A stretch of DNA of 64,000 nt from assembly GCF_963921235.1 (NCBI RefSeq), contig NC_086108.1, forward strand, positions 26,910,001-26,974,000. Reading direction: 5' to 3'. Source of the DNA: Mobula hypostoma (taxonomy: Eukaryota). Made by a program: the position numbers and the translations under genes. Below, piece after piece: positions 1 to 12,844 of this stretch. How positions within the stretch are numbered: the first letter of the stretch is position 1; each line of letters opens with the position of its first letter. Below the pieces are notes generated by a model. That model made no database searches, was not told where the DNA came from, and saw only the letters and a list, made by a program, of their open reading frames with translations.

Positions 1-599
1 TGGTAATGCTAATTATAAAACAGTATCAGTGGAGCTATTCTTATTATCAGGACAATTCAAGCTGTCAGAACATAAGTTGATAGTTTTTTGTTCGGCATTA
101 AGAGGAGAAAAGATGTGATTTACTAGGAGAGCACACTGAAATGTTTGAAGGTAGTAGGTAATGGAAGCATTTCAAGAAATAATGCATGTGCAGCACAAAG
201 TATTCTTCAAAGCACAAACACCCAACAGGAATTGTGATTCATCTGAGGCTGCCAAAAAAAAATGTAGACAGCATTAAATACGAGGAAGGGACACAAGAAA
301 TGGCTGTAAGTAGCAAGAGGCCCGAGGATCAGTAATTTTAGAATTCAGCAAAGGAAGAACAAGAGTTTGACGTGATAAATTTGCTCCCACATCCTACACT
401 CATGCAAGTTGGTGGGTTAATCGGCCCTAGTATATAGGTGAGGGGACAGTAAGCATGAGATTAATGGAATATGAGTGGATGTTTGACAACAGAAACATTT
501 ATAATGGGCATGTGACAGAGGAATTGAAAAAATAATCACATGTGTGTTCACAGAAGAGACACACAAGACTAGTCACATATATAAGAGAGTTAAGGGTCA

Positions 600-2265
600 A
601 ATGACAATAAGAAACATAATTACATATTCGTCAAAAAACAGCACTAGAAAACTTAGCGATCTTGAAAGCTGATAAATCCCAGGACCCAATGATCTACATT
701 GTGGAACTTTGAAAGACTTGGTGTTAAATATACAGTAGTCAACATACAAGTTTTATCTTCCACAATTCTGTAGGTTGTTGAATTGTTTGGTAACAAATCT
801 GGATTGGATGGTAACAAACCTGACCCCACTACTTAAGAAATGATGGAGATAAAATAGGGAACTATTGACCTTTTTATCTTAACCTCAATGGTAGGGAAAA
901 TGCTGCAATCTGTAATAAAGGATACAATGAAGAAAATTAGAATTGAGCAGGGTAACATGGATTTTGAAATTGAGGTAGATTAGTCTGTTGGAGTTATTAG
1001 AGCACATGATTCAAGGAATGAACAGTGGAAAACCAGTGGAAGAAGTGTATTTAAAATTTTAGGAGGATATTGTTAAGGTCCTCCACAGGACCTTTGTTAA
1101 CAAGATCTGAGCAAATGACATTGGGAAAAATATACCGACATGGACTAGAAATTTGGTTTTGGACATAAACCTAGAAATGGGAATGAACAGGTCCTTCTCA
1201 AGTTGGCAGTGAATTGGCTAGTGTGTTGGCATAGTGATTGGTGATTGCGCCTAGGATTCTGCAACTACATCAATCATTTTGCTGAGGAGTTCCATGTTTG
1301 CTGATGGACTATAGTGATGTAGTTTGATGTGGATTGGGAGGAGGATGTAGGATGCTTTTAAGAGACTCCTGGACAGGTATATGGAGCTCAGAAAAATAGC
1401 CTATGGGTAACCATAGGTAATTTCTCAGGTAAGGACATACTCGACACAGCTCTGTGGGCCGAAGGGTCTGTAATGTGCTGTAGGTTTTCTATGTTTCTAA
1501 GATATGGACAATCTAGGGGAAGTGGGTGAAAATACAGGAGGTGGAATACAACATACATAAATATGAGTTTATCTACAGTGCACACAGTAGATACGTTGGT
1601 TAGTGAAAGATGGTTTACTTGGATACAAGTTATTGAAGGCCAGCATGAAAGTGCAGCAAGCAATTAGAGGAACAAATGCTATGTTAGCTTTTACTGAAAA
1701 AGCATGTGATACATAAGTAAAGAAGCCTTACTGCGACTGTTGAAGAACTTATTAAGAATAAGCCTGGGGTGCCGCATAACTTTTTATTTATTTATTCATT
1801 AATTGAGGTACAACACAGAATAGGCCCTCCTGGCCCTCTGAGCTGCACCTCCCAGCAATCTCCCAATTGAATCATAGCCTGATCATGGGACAATTTACAA
1901 TGGTCAATTAATCTACCAGCTGTACATCTCCGGACTATGGGAGGAAACCTGAGCACTCAGAGGAAGCCCATGTGGTCACGGGAAGAATGTACAAACTCCT
2001 TAAAGGGCAGCATTGGAATTGAACCCAGTTCGCCTGTACAGTAAAGTGTTGTGCTAACCACTACGCTACCATGCCACCTATTTTCGTCCCTTCACCACAG
2101 AAAGGATCTGCCTGCTATCATGGGAGTACAAACAAAGGTTCCCTTGACTGCTTCCAACATTGATAAATGTGTTGAATGGGGAGAGATTATGTGGATTGCA
2201 TTGTTGTTCGCCAGTATTTAGAATAATGAGAAGAGATCTCATTAAAACTTACAAAATCCTTACAT
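600..2265 (+). mobile_element. Heavily degraded CR1 LINE ORF2 (RT) remnant, interrupted by a CR1 3' fragment (~1355-1500) and a SINE (1781-2079)
   Basis: Remnant motifs KADKSPGPNDLH (~665), GNY.P..LTSMVGKML (~858), PV..VYL.F (~1032), FAD (~1297); many stops and frameshifts. Confidence 0.7.
1781..2079 (-). mobile_element. V-SINE (HE1-like tRNA-derived SINE)
   Basis: (TTTA)n tail at left; V-domain GGACTATGGGAGGAAACCTGAGCAC...GGAAGCCCA; tRNA-like head with B-box (GAATTGAACCC) and A-box (CTAACCACTACGCTACC). Confidence 0.85.
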
Positions 2266-4393
2266 CCTCCTAGCTCACTTGGCTAAAGGCAGGAATTCAC
2301 TGCATTCAAAAAAACAAAAAAGATTCTAAAGCTGAAGAACTTTAGCTATGAGCAATAACTTGGAACATAAGAGGTGGAAAACGATTTAACTGATGCATAT
2401 AACGCTATGAGGAGGCAAGATGGAAAGACTGGGTGGGACACTATTCCATTAACAGAGGGGTCGATAGCCCAATAAAAGAAATTTAAGGTAATCATTTAAG
2501 ATTTTGAGCAGAGGTGAGAAGAATTTTATTGTTGCCAAGAGGGATGGAACTCATTTCCTGAATAGATAATAGGGGCAGAAAGTCTCATCCCATTCAACGT
2601 TGATTGGACAAGTGCCCCAATCAACTGGTCTTTGGATCGTGAGCTCAAAGTTGAATTACTTTGGTTTCTTTCTCTGGCTTGATAGTGTTCTGGGCCAGAT
2701 AGTGTCCTACGTAGATTACATTTTTGGGTCTATGGTTGTACTCTTTGAAAGTGCTCTCCAATTAGTCCCTGTTTCTTGCACTTCCACGCAATCTTGTGAT
2801 AGTCATTTACATTTTAAGTATGCATTCACTATTCTTTGAAAAATACCTTTGACATTTGCTTCCACCTTCCTCTCTGGCAGAGATTTCTAGCTAATAAGAG
2901 CCTGCTGGAAATAATATATGGCCCTTGATCTACTTCATGTCTCTGGTTACTGATACTCCCAATCTAATTAATCATAACTCCTCTGCATTTTGAATGTCCC
3001 TTTTCAATCTCTCCTTTAATCTTCTCTGACTTCAGGAGAACAATCCAACTTCTCTGTTCTCTGAAGTTTGTCATTGTGGAAGCCATTTTGTAAAACCTCC
3101 ACTGAACCTTCTCCGAGGCTTAAATGGGTATTCTAATGTGAGGTGCCCAGAAATTGACTCTGCTTTATCCATTTATAAAACTTCTTGGGTTTTTTTTATA
3201 ATTTCATCTGCAGGAACTATACAATCTTATGCTAATTTCTGTTCCTTTATTTCCATCCTCCTCTGAACTATTCTCAACATATCTATCTGTCTTTTTCTGA
3301 GCCCTTCTACTGAACCTGCACTAGTCAGTACAGAGTACTGCCTGCTAAAGCTGATCTTTCCTTGGTTAAGTAGCATGGGTAGCTATGGGTAACATTTCTG
3401 TGGAAAGTAGCTTGAATGTCACTTTCACAGCAAGGGTTTTAAGGGAGTATTAGAGATTAGCATTTAAAGCAATGACAATTAAAATATTGTGAGCCAATTC
3501 AGCTAATTGGGCAGCGTATGAGATATGCATATATCATCTAAGTACCTCGAATCAAGAGTTCCTTGCTCTGAGAGTTCAAAGAAACTCAATTGTTTGAAGC
3601 TGTGATGTTCATTAGATCTCGAACAGTATTCAAGGTCCATCTTAAGAAAATCTCCAATTGCCTTTGAGCATTAGCTCAGAAGTTTAAAAATTAGGTAAAA
3701 CATCTTGGAGAAAATCAGAGTAAAATCCCCACTGGTTCACCGCATGAACTGTGTGAAAACTCAGAGGCTGAGGAAATGCAAAAAAAAAGCTGCAGTGAAT
3801 TGAGCCTGATGGTTCAGCCACCTGATTGAAGTTTACTTTACGAAAGACCTGCAGGTCAAATCCAAGGCAGTCAGGGAGAACTTCGGGTACTGATTTTCAC
3901 TATGAACCATCTGCAACAGTTCTTAAAACCGCACCAAGTGGTTTCCAGAGCAACATGGAAGCAAGAAAGATGATGTAATTCTTTAGTTAACTGAAAACCT
4001 GAGAATGAAGCCTCGACTTCTGGAGCACCATTTTGCTAAGTAAAGAAAGAAAATCACGGTTCAAGCAAAAACAGACTTCATAAGGAGCCTGACATGAGAA
4101 CAATTCACACTTTCTATTCAAAAGTTTGAGATATCATTTCTAGGCTAATGCAGGATGCCAATGCTGAAAATGTCCCAGAATTGATATCTGTAGTAAGGGC
4201 TTATAATAAAGGCAAGATTACTCATGGAAATCAGTGCTGACTTGTATCACACACTCACTGACTCAATGAATCTGCAGAGGGCTAAGAATATCTTGTGGCA
4301 GGGAGATATATGTTCAGCATACACAATCAAAGGCATTGCGAGACTATGAGTGACTGTGTTATGGTTCATAAAAGCTATTCAAGGAATCGCAGC

Positions 4394-4666
4394 TTTATTT
4401 TATTTATTTAGAATAACAGTGCAGAATAGGCACTTCCTGTTCTTCGAGCTGCGCCACCACTTTAACCCTAACCTAATTACGGGACTTCTTCAGTGACCAG
4501 TTAACCTACTGACCGGTACATCTTTGGACTGTGGGAGGAAACCGGAGCACATCTACCATGGGGAGGACATACAACCTCTTACAGACGGCATAGGGATTGT
4601 ACTCTGAACTCCAATGCCCCGAGCTGTAATAGCATCATGCTAACCGTTACGTTACTATGGCACCCC
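4394..4666 (-). mobile_element. V-SINE (HE1-like)
   Basis: (TTTA)n tail, TTTGGACTGTGGGAGGAAACCGGAGCAC V-domain, tRNA-like head. Confidence 0.8.
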
Positions 4667-5031
4667 AAATTTGGAATCTCCTTTCTCATATGTTCAAATG
4701 CAAGGTAGCAATCTAATGCTCAAAATTATCTTGTCGAATTAGTTAGGAATAAAAAGCCTTGAGTTTGATTATTTGTCCATGGAAAAGGCACCGGCAAGGA
4801 ATTTCATGCATAAGTTAGTACCTTGTATCAAAGAACAACTCCCAAAGCTCTGGCCCTGTAACAAGGTCATCAGGTGCACTCAAGTAATGCAGGACAATGT
4901 AATAAATGTAATAGACAGTCAGGCCCCATGCAGTTGTGAATCTACGTTCCACCTGAGTCAGAAGAGAGGTCAGGAAGCAATAGATTGTAAAACAAAATAC
5001 TTCTGTAAAATAATAAAGCAAACAACTGGGT

Positions 5032-5301
5032 TGGCACACTAGTGTAGTGGTTAGCACAATGCTTTACGGCGCCAGTGACCCGGGTTCATTTCCTGCAGCT
5101 ATCTGTAAGGAGTTTGTACGTTCTCCCCATGACCGCGTAGGTTTCATCCGGGAGCTTCAGTTTCTTCCCAGTCCAATTGTGTACCAGTTGGTAGGTTAAT
5201 TGTTCATTGTAAATTGTCGTATGATTAGGCTAGGATTAAATCGGGGGATTGCTGGAAGGGCCAGAAGGGCCACTCTATATCTCAGTAAAAAATAAATAAA
5301 A
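5032..5301 (+). mobile_element. V-SINE (HE1-like); its A-rich tail is the target site of the L1 insertion
   Basis: TAGTGTAGTGGTTAGC A-box, GGGTTCATTTCC B-box-like, V-domain, AAATAAATAAAA tail. Confidence 0.85.
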
Positions 5302-6987
5302 AGTTGATCAAAAGACATGAAACAATTATCCAAAAATAAATCACGAAAACGTACTATACTTTTAGTTTTCAATCAGAGTAAGCTTGATCCATAGTGGAAG
5401 GTTGAAAAAGGAAATTAGACATAATAGGACTTGCTAAAATAAATTGATTGAACCCAAAAAATCTTTGGAATTGAAACCATATACGTAAAGTATGCTTAAC
5501 TATTGGATTATTCATTTGTTTATACAATTTCGAAGAAATAAAAGGAAGCGAAGTTCTTAAAACCGAACCCAAAGAAGACCCTTGTAATGAATTACAGTCA
5601 AGATTTACCCAATGTGGATTTAAAGATGCATCCAAATCGCATAACCAAAATTTTAAATATCAAATATTAATTGCCCAATAATAAAATCTAAAATTCGGGA
5701 GGGCGAGCCCCCCCTCTTTTTTCGATTTCTGTAAATACCTTTTATCTAGCCTAGGATTTTTGTTTTGCCATATATATGAGGAAATTTTTGAATCAATATT
5801 ATCGAAAAAAGATTCTAATAAATATAATTTACCCAGATCTCACTTTTTTAGATACCTACAGATTAGAAACTTCTTAATTACTGCTTCTCCTAATTTTCCA
5901 CATTCATATCTGATGGATACTTTGGAAAAAATTTTAGATCTAAATCTCTCTCAGAAAAGTGTTGTAGCAATTATTTGTAACATAATTATGAATTTATGTC
6001 CTGATGTTTCCAATAAAATTAAAACTGATTGGGAAAGAGAACTTAAGATTATTATACTGATCGAAAAATGGGAAAAAATTCTTCAATTGGTTAATTCATC
6101 CTCTATATGTGCTGATTCCTACGTGTGTTGATACAGTTTAAAGTAGTGCACAGGACTCATATGTCCAAAGATAAACTATCTCGTTATTATTCTTATATTA
6201 ATCCTATATGTGATAGATGTCATTTCGAGATAGCCTCTTTAACTCACATGTTTTGGTCATGTCCTTTGTTGGAAAAATATTGGAAAGATATTTTTGATAT
6301 TATTTCAACGGTTTTGAATACAGACTTACAACCTCACCCAATTACTGCTATTTTTGGGCTACCAATGATAGACTCAAATCATTTAACCGCTTCAACTCGT
6401 AGGATGATTGCATTTCTTACTTTAATGGCTAGAAGATCCATTTTGCTGAATTGGAAAGAGATTAACCCTCCTACTGTATTTCACTGGTTTTCACAAACTA
6501 TGTTGTGTTTAAATTTGGAAAAGATTAGAAGTGTGGTTTACGATCCTTCCATTAAATTTGAAAAAACTTGGAGGCCATTTATTCTGCATTTTCAGATGAT
6601 GGAATTTGACCACTTCCAAACTTATTTTACTTCTCTGTAGTGTTGGTTGAGAGGAATGGAGTCGTCGACACTAAGGTTTTCTTCTCTTCCATTTTTACGT
6701 TGTTAAAATTGCCCACGTCTTTTTAGTTTAGTTGACTAATTCTGTTTAGATTAGTTTTTCTTTTGGGGTGGGGTTTGTTTTTTTTTAATTTTTTTTTCTT
6801 TTTCATGATTTTTCTCCAGTTTTTTTTTGTCCTGTATATTCATTGCTATCCTACATGATTGGGAGTTTTGTCAATTTATACTCTAATTACTCATCTTAAG
6901 TATAACAATGTACTTCCAACATTTTTGTGTTATTGCTATGTTATGTTTATATTTTATGAAACTAATAAAAAGATTGAAAAAGAAAAG
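5302..6987 (+). mobile_element. 5'-truncated L1 LINE with inverted 5' segment (5302-5813 on minus, 5814-6987 on plus)
   Basis: Minus arm encodes ...KSKKEGGLALPNF..YYWA... to ...CFMSFDQL; plus arm continues SNKYNLPRSHFFRYLQIR... through the CCHC knuckle (CDRC...HMFWSC); T-rich 3'UTR, AATAAA and A tail; 15-bp TSD AAAAAATAAATAAAA at 5287-5301 and 6988-7002. Confidence 0.9.
6125..6640 (+). pseudogene. L1 ORF2 C-terminal cysteine-rich (zf-RVT/CCHC) fragment
   Basis: ORF track: QFKVVHR...PICDRCHFEIASLTHMFWSCP...LEKI...KFEKTWRPF. Confidence 0.85.
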
Positions 6988-7129
6988 AAAAAATAAATAA
7001 AATACTAGGCAGCAGGAAGAAATGTGTTTTTAAGTGCAATATAAGGACAGAGAGAGCAAGTTCCCCATAAAAGGTAATAACAAGGAACCTGCACAATATT
7101 GCAACTACAGCAGCAGAGATATAATGTGC

Positions 7130-7460
7130 TTAGTCGAGTATCTATGCAACTGTAGTGAGAGGCAACAGGACTAAAGGACTTCACGGAAAGTCAGTAAAGA
7201 TAGAAGCTGGCATAATTGCGTAGTGTTCCATTATGGAGAAAGACACATGAGGGAAACAACATTCTTTTTTTGTGTGTGTTTATCAATTCATACTCCAGAA
7301 GGATTGAAGTCAAGCAGATAAAAGTTTGATGACTATGGAATGTATCACTGAAGACTTGAAATGGGTATTTGCATTGCATGCACTTTCAGGAGAATTAATG
7401 TCTGATCGTGGATCACAATTCATTTTGCTATTATTTGAAAATGTTTGGCAATGTAAAACA
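7130..7460 (+). mobile_element. Degraded Ty3/Gypsy integrase fragment; ~3450-5030 may be the gag/pol part of the same ancient element
   Basis: INSYSRRIEV...TMECITEDLKWVFALHALSGELMSDRGSQF resembles the rve core (D.YS.W.EV...F..HG.P..LVSD.G.QF). Confidence 0.6.
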
Positions 7461-7686
7461 ACATTTACTTTCCATATAAAGTGGTGCATTTGTTATGTAA
7501 ACATCCTCGTGCTCAGAGAGTGCGGTGGCATCATCAAATATAAATGTGATACAGGCAGTATCAGTAAGGAATTCCTTCCTAGTTAAAGTTACCTTTGATC
7601 AATTTTCTTGAGTTCAGTAATAATTACTATAAATAGAAACTACCAGGCAGTGTCCAAGGTTTACCTTAGGACGTACAATATATCCG

Positions 7687-8600
7687 AATCAGAATCAGGT
7701 TTAATATTACCAGCATACGTCGTGAAATTTGTTGTCTTTATGGCAGCAGTACAACATAATACAAAGTTACAGAGGAAAAAACTGTGAATTACAGTATGTA
7801 AACATATATTTTTGAAAGAAGAGGACAGACAACATTGATGTGTGGACCGGACACAGTTTTGCCACAACCCAGGCACTCACCCACAACCAAGAGAGATGGG
7901 TGCAACTGGTGCAGCACTCATCTGAACAGCGCCCCTATGACCCGGGCAGGTCGAGGGATCCATAATCTTAACCATATATACGTTGGAGGCATGGGTTCTT
8001 TAGCTAGAGAGTGGTGAATCTGTGGAATTTGTTTCCAAGGGTGGCTGTAGAGGACAAGTCATTGGGTATATTTAAGGCAAATGTTGAGTTTCTTGATTAA
8101 TCAGGGCATGAAGGTTACAGGGAGAAAGCAGGAGATTGGGGATGAGAGGGAAAATGGATCACCATTGATGAAATGGTAGAGCAGACTCGATGAGCCAAAT
8201 GGCCTAATTCTGCTCCTCAATCTTATCATCACAAGGTCTTATATATTAAATAAGTAGAGCAAAAAAAGGGAAAAATACTGAGGTAGTGTTCATGGCTTTA
8301 ATGTCAATTCAGAAAACAAATGGCAGGCAGGACGAAGCTGTTCCTGAATTATTGAGTATGTACTTTCAGGATCCTGTACCTGCTTCCTGATGATGCCAAT
8401 GAGAACAGGGCCTGTCCTTAGTGATGGAGTCCTTAGTGATGGGTGCTGTTTTTGTGAGGCATCACTCTTTGAAGGTGTCCTGGATACTACGGAGACTAGT
8501 AGCCATGATGGAGCTGACTAAGTTTGCAACTCTCTGCAGCTTAGTTCGATCCTATGCTGCAGTACCCCTCCTCCCCCACCGCTATGTAAGATGGTGATTG
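7687..8600 (-). mobile_element. Rex1/Babar-type LINE 3' fragment containing a CR1 3'-end insertion (~7990-8240)
   Basis: AATCAGAATCAGGTTTAATAT tail shared with the 12845 copy; GAAGCTGTTCCTGAA...CTGTACCTGCTTCCTGATG is the antisense of LPSG.RY. Confidence 0.7.
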
Positions 8601-9044
8601 TACAGGTTTGCATGTGTCATAGCTTGCAGATATCATGCACACCTTGCATACACCATGTACCACTAAGCCTTATAGTTCCTGCACAGAACTAATGCTTCAC
8701 CAGATAATGATCTATTATATGATTCTTGATATTATTATGCTGTATATTGCATATTTCATACACCTCCTGGAAGTTTACCATGCCTTTCTCACATTTTTCT
8801 TTGCTTATTTTATGGATGATGCAAATTTATTCACTTCCTAAATCTTTCAGAGATTTTCTGTTCATGTCATGCTCTTTTTTCAAATATTATACATTCCCAT
8901 ATCCATTATATGTTTCATTCGTATGTCCTGTGCACCATGCAAGTATTGAGAATTTCTTACACATATAAGAGGATCTAATACCCCCTGCCACTATGGTGTT
9001 TTTCCTACATTGAATTTACAGTTATGCCTCTACATAATGGGTGC

Positions 9045-9298
9045 TTCTTGTTCTTTAGCCAGAGGGTAGAGAATCTGCGGAATTCGTTTGCTACACTCTT
9101 TTGTAGAGGCCAAGTCATTGCGTATATTTAAAAGGAAGGTTGACAGGTTTCTGATTAGTAAGGTTGTCAAAGGTTACAGGGAAAAACCAGGAGAATGAGG
9201 TTCAGAGAGATAATATATCAACCATGTTGGAATGGCAGATCAAACTCGATGGGCTGAACGGCCTAATTCTGCACCTATGTCTTCTGGTCTAATGGTCT
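9045..9298 (+). mobile_element. CR1 3' end
   Basis: TTTAGCCAGAGGGTAG.GAATCTG.GGAAT (F.QRVVNLWN) and 3'UTR GGCCTAATTCTGCACCTATGTCTT. Confidence 0.75.
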
Positions 9299-9369
9299 CA
9301 AATTTTGTATTTTCTTATACATTGTATCTCTTGAGTTTATTTCTTAAGAAATTTGTACAGCTCATATTT

Positions 9370-9890
9370 CACTCAGTGGCCACTTCATTGGAACTGGAGT
9401 GGACCCCAGTGTAGTCTTCTGGTGTTGTAGCCCATCCACTTCAAGGTTCAATGTGTTGCGTGTACAGAGATGCTCTTCTGCACGCCACTGTCATAATGTG
9501 TGGTTATTTGAGAAATTGTCACCTTCCTGTCATCTTGAACCAGTCTGGCCATTCTCCACTGAACTCTCTCATTAACAAAGCGTTTTCACCCATGGAACTG
9601 CCGCTCTCTGGATGTTATTTTTCTTTTCTTTTTTGCACCATTCTCTGCAAACTATGAAAATCCCAGGAGATCAGCAAGTTTCTGTCGTACTTAAATCATG
9701 CCGTCTGGAATGGTCAAAGTCACTTAGACCACATTTCTTCCCCATTCTGGTGTTTGGTCTGAACAACAACTGAACCTCTTGCCCATGTCTGCATACTTTA
9801 ATGCACTGAATTGCCGCCACATGATTGGCTGATTAGACATCCACACTAATGAGCAGGTGTACAGGTGTACCTCGTACCACTGGATGTGCT
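9370..9890 (-). mobile_element. Tc1-like non-autonomous DNA transposon
   Basis: TIR-like CACTCAGTGGCCACTT; minus strand ATGGGGAAGAAATGTGGTCTAAGTGAC encodes a Tc1 transposase N-terminus; same family as 29841-30412. Confidence 0.75.
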
Positions 9891-9906
9891 GTATACCTTG
9901 CATGTA

Positions 9907-10604
9907 CAGTCGGCCCTCCGTATCTGCGGGGGTTTGGTTCCAGGACCCCCCCCCATGGATACCAAATTCTGTGGATGCTCACGTCTCATATATAAAATGG
10001 CGTAATATTTGCATATAAGCTACGCACATCCTCTGGTATACTTTAAATCATCTCTAGATTACTTACGATACCTAATACAATGTAAATGCTTTGTAAATAG
10101 TTGTTATACTGTAATGACAAGAAAGAAAGGTCTGTGTATGTTCAGTACAGACGCAACCATTGTAGCTCTTCTGGGAACGCTGATGCTGCCTCGGCATCAG
10201 CCAATGTTGATTCTCCTGTGATCTTTAAGTTCTTGTGGCTGTAGCACTTTACATAGCTATCCAGCCATCCCTTACTAGCCTTAAACTCCTTCCTGTCGCT
10301 TACAACACAAGTAGCAAATGAATGAGATGCAAGGCGAACAATGCTCAAACAACGAGTAATACTTCTAATCATCTCTAGATTACAGTACTTTACGCTCCCT
10401 CTTAGCCTTTGGGGAAATTGCTTTGACACTTAATTGCTTTTTAGGAGCCATTTACACAGAAACAAAGGGCGCACATAACACAAGTAGTGACCGGACAATG
10501 CTGAAACAATGAGTGCTGGAGAGAGAACTTCCGTTGTTTTTTATCCCAACCCACGGTTGGTTGAATCCGTGGATGCGGAACCCGCAGATACGGAGGGCTG
10601 ACTG
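9907..10604 (-). mobile_element. Tigger/pogo-family internally deleted DNA transposon
   Basis: 24-bp TIRs CAGTCGGCCCTCCGTATCTGCGGG / CCCGCAGATACGGAGGGCTGACTG (1 mismatch), TA on both flanks; remnant EFKASKGWLDSYVK...KITGES...AD (CENP-B-type HTH). Confidence 0.9.
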
Positions 10605-10704
10605 TATCTTGACATTATGTACATGACACTCGTCGTTCACATTCTGGAAGCATCCTGTATGTATTTTGTAATTTCTTCATTTACATTTTGCATTCCAACC
10701 TGCA

Positions 10705-11184
10705 TTTTGCTGTTGTGTGCTGAGGCAGCAGGCTGAGGGTAGCAGACACCAACAGAATCAACAAACTCATTCGTAAGGCCAGTGATGTTGTGGGGATGGA
10801 ACTGGACTCTCTGACGGTGGTGTCTGAAAAGAGGATGCTGTCCAAGTTGCATGCCATCTTGGACAATGTCTCCCATCCTCTACATAATGTACTGGTTGGG
10901 CACAGGAGTACATTCAGCCAGAGACTCATTCCACCGAGATGCAACACAGAGCGTCATAGGAAGTCATTCCTGCCTGTGGCCATCAAACTTTACAACTCCT
11001 CCCTTGGAGGGTCAGACTCCCTGAGCCAATAGGCTGGTCCTGGAGTTATTTCATAATTTACTGGCATAATTTACATACTACTATTTAACTATTTATGGTT
11101 CTGTTACTATTTATTATTATGGTGCAACCGTAACGAAAACCAATTTCCCCCGGGATCAATAAAGTATGACTATGACTATGACTA
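10705..11184 (+). mobile_element. Rex1/Babar-type LINE 3' fragment (young)
   Basis: ORF 10790-11032 ...ILDNVSHPLH...RCNTERHRKSFLPVAIKLYN; GGGATCAATAAAG followed by (TATGAC)n tail. Confidence 0.85.
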
Positions 11185-11887
11185 TTTTATGCTTTTGCAT
11201 GTATCATGCACTTATATCATAAAGACGATCAGTTTATAGCAGAAATTGAGGCTATTTTGCCTATCATTTCTTTGTCAGTTTCAAAGGGTTTCACTTTCCA
11301 TCTCGTAGCCTACAGTGCTTAAAGTGCATGTTCAATTCTGTTTTATATTTGCTGAGAGGATCCTTCTCAGACATTCTTTTCAACAGTAAATTCAAGACTT
11401 TCTCCATCCCCTGGATGATCTTTATCTGTGTTCAGCATTCCTGTAATCCTTCCAGCTTTAAATTTACGACCCTTTGTATTGACTTAACCTCCAAGAGAGA
11501 TGGCTCTCCTCATACACCCTTTGCCATATTTTAAACATCATAGGTTAAATCGTATTTCAACCTTCCCTGTCCCAAGATAAAAAAAACTCAGCCCAACTAA
11601 TCTCACCTCATGGGCATAATTCTTTAATCCTACTAGCATCCCTTGTACATTTCCAATGATCTCACTCTGTTCTCAAAAGTTCAGTCAAACTCTTCCTGTA
11701 ATGTGGTATCAAAGCAATAGTTTTCTTATATATTTTGTCACCCATTAATACTCATCCTTGCTTCCTTATATACTATATGTTTTAGTCTGGTTGTGAATAT
11801 GGGCGCTCCAGTATATATTTTATATTTCTTTAAATGTAATAGTTTCTCCCAAGAAGCAATTTCCACTCACTCTATTTAAGAGATTCC

Positions 11888-12120
11888 CACAAGAGATTCT
11901 GCCGATGCTAGAAATCCAGAGTAACACACACAAAATATTGGAGGAACTCAGTAGGTCAGGCAACACCAATGGAAAGGAATAAATAGTCAATGTTTTGGGC
12001 CAAGACTCTTCATCAGAGCTGAGTCCTGATAAAGGGCCTCTGCTTGAAATACTAATTTTTTATTCCTCTCCATGAATGCTGCCTCACCTGATGAGTAAAT
12101 CCGGCATTTTGTGTATGTTT
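11888..12120. mobile_element. Palindromic mini-element made of two inverted PLE termini, with two degenerate hammerhead motifs
   Basis: Left arm (tail + ACACACAAAAT...CTTCATCAG) is the reverse complement of the right arm (AGTCCTGATAAAGGG...ATTTTGTGTATGTT). Confidence 0.8.
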
Positions 12121-12419
12121 CTTTGCTTTCTAAATCACACTTAATTGACAATTCCTTTGCTCTATTTTTTATCAAATGATTCAAAATAAAACCAGCAAAG
12201 CAGAACTAAACATTTGAAAATAATCAATGAAAATCTGTTGAAAACATTCTGTCTTGTAAAGCAAGTTTGAAAAAGTGTGAACAGAGTGAAGGGCAAATCA
12301 ATCAATAGATTCAATCAAAAGTTTCCATTTGGCTTGGAAACCTGCTGTTTTTCCAAAACCATCAAATGTAAAAAATAATGAAACCAAAAAACATAAACTT
12401 TTCATATTGACATGGAATT

Positions 12420-12760
12420 CTGCACCTCCTCTCCTCTTCACATCCTCTCCATTCTCTTCCCTGCTTCACTCCTCTTTCTATTGTTTCATCCACTAGTGCT
12501 CTTCCTCAATAGCTTTTCTCACTTCTTTTCTCCCATTCTTCCCCAGCCATCTCTTTCACTCCCCAACACATCTTCCAAGCCCTCTCTCCTCCACTTCTTC
12601 CTCCAATCTTCTGCCATTCATTTTCTTCTTGACTCTCCCTTTTGATACTGCCTTATCACTCATCATTTCTATTACTCTGTCACATCTGTATCCATGATCC
12701 TCCTTTACTCCCTCCATCCTAATAAACCCCTCTCTCCACTTTATCTCCCAAACCCTTCTA
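12420..12760. repeat. C/T-rich low-complexity tract
   Basis: Strong pyrimidine bias (CTC/TTC motifs). Confidence 0.7.
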
Positions 12761-12844
12761 AATAAATAAAGACTATATTGAATGGCAAAGCAGGTCAGAG
12801 GGCTCAAGTGGCTTATTCCTTGTGTTCGTTTATTCTCAATAAGA

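Noticed and set aside
5032..5100. tRNA genes
   Set aside because: The A/B-box regions are SINE heads followed by the V-domain, not complete cloverleafs
7815..7985. GC-richer unexplained segment preceding a CR1 3' fragment
   Set aside because: Too short to classify; no termini, TSD or ORF that I can support
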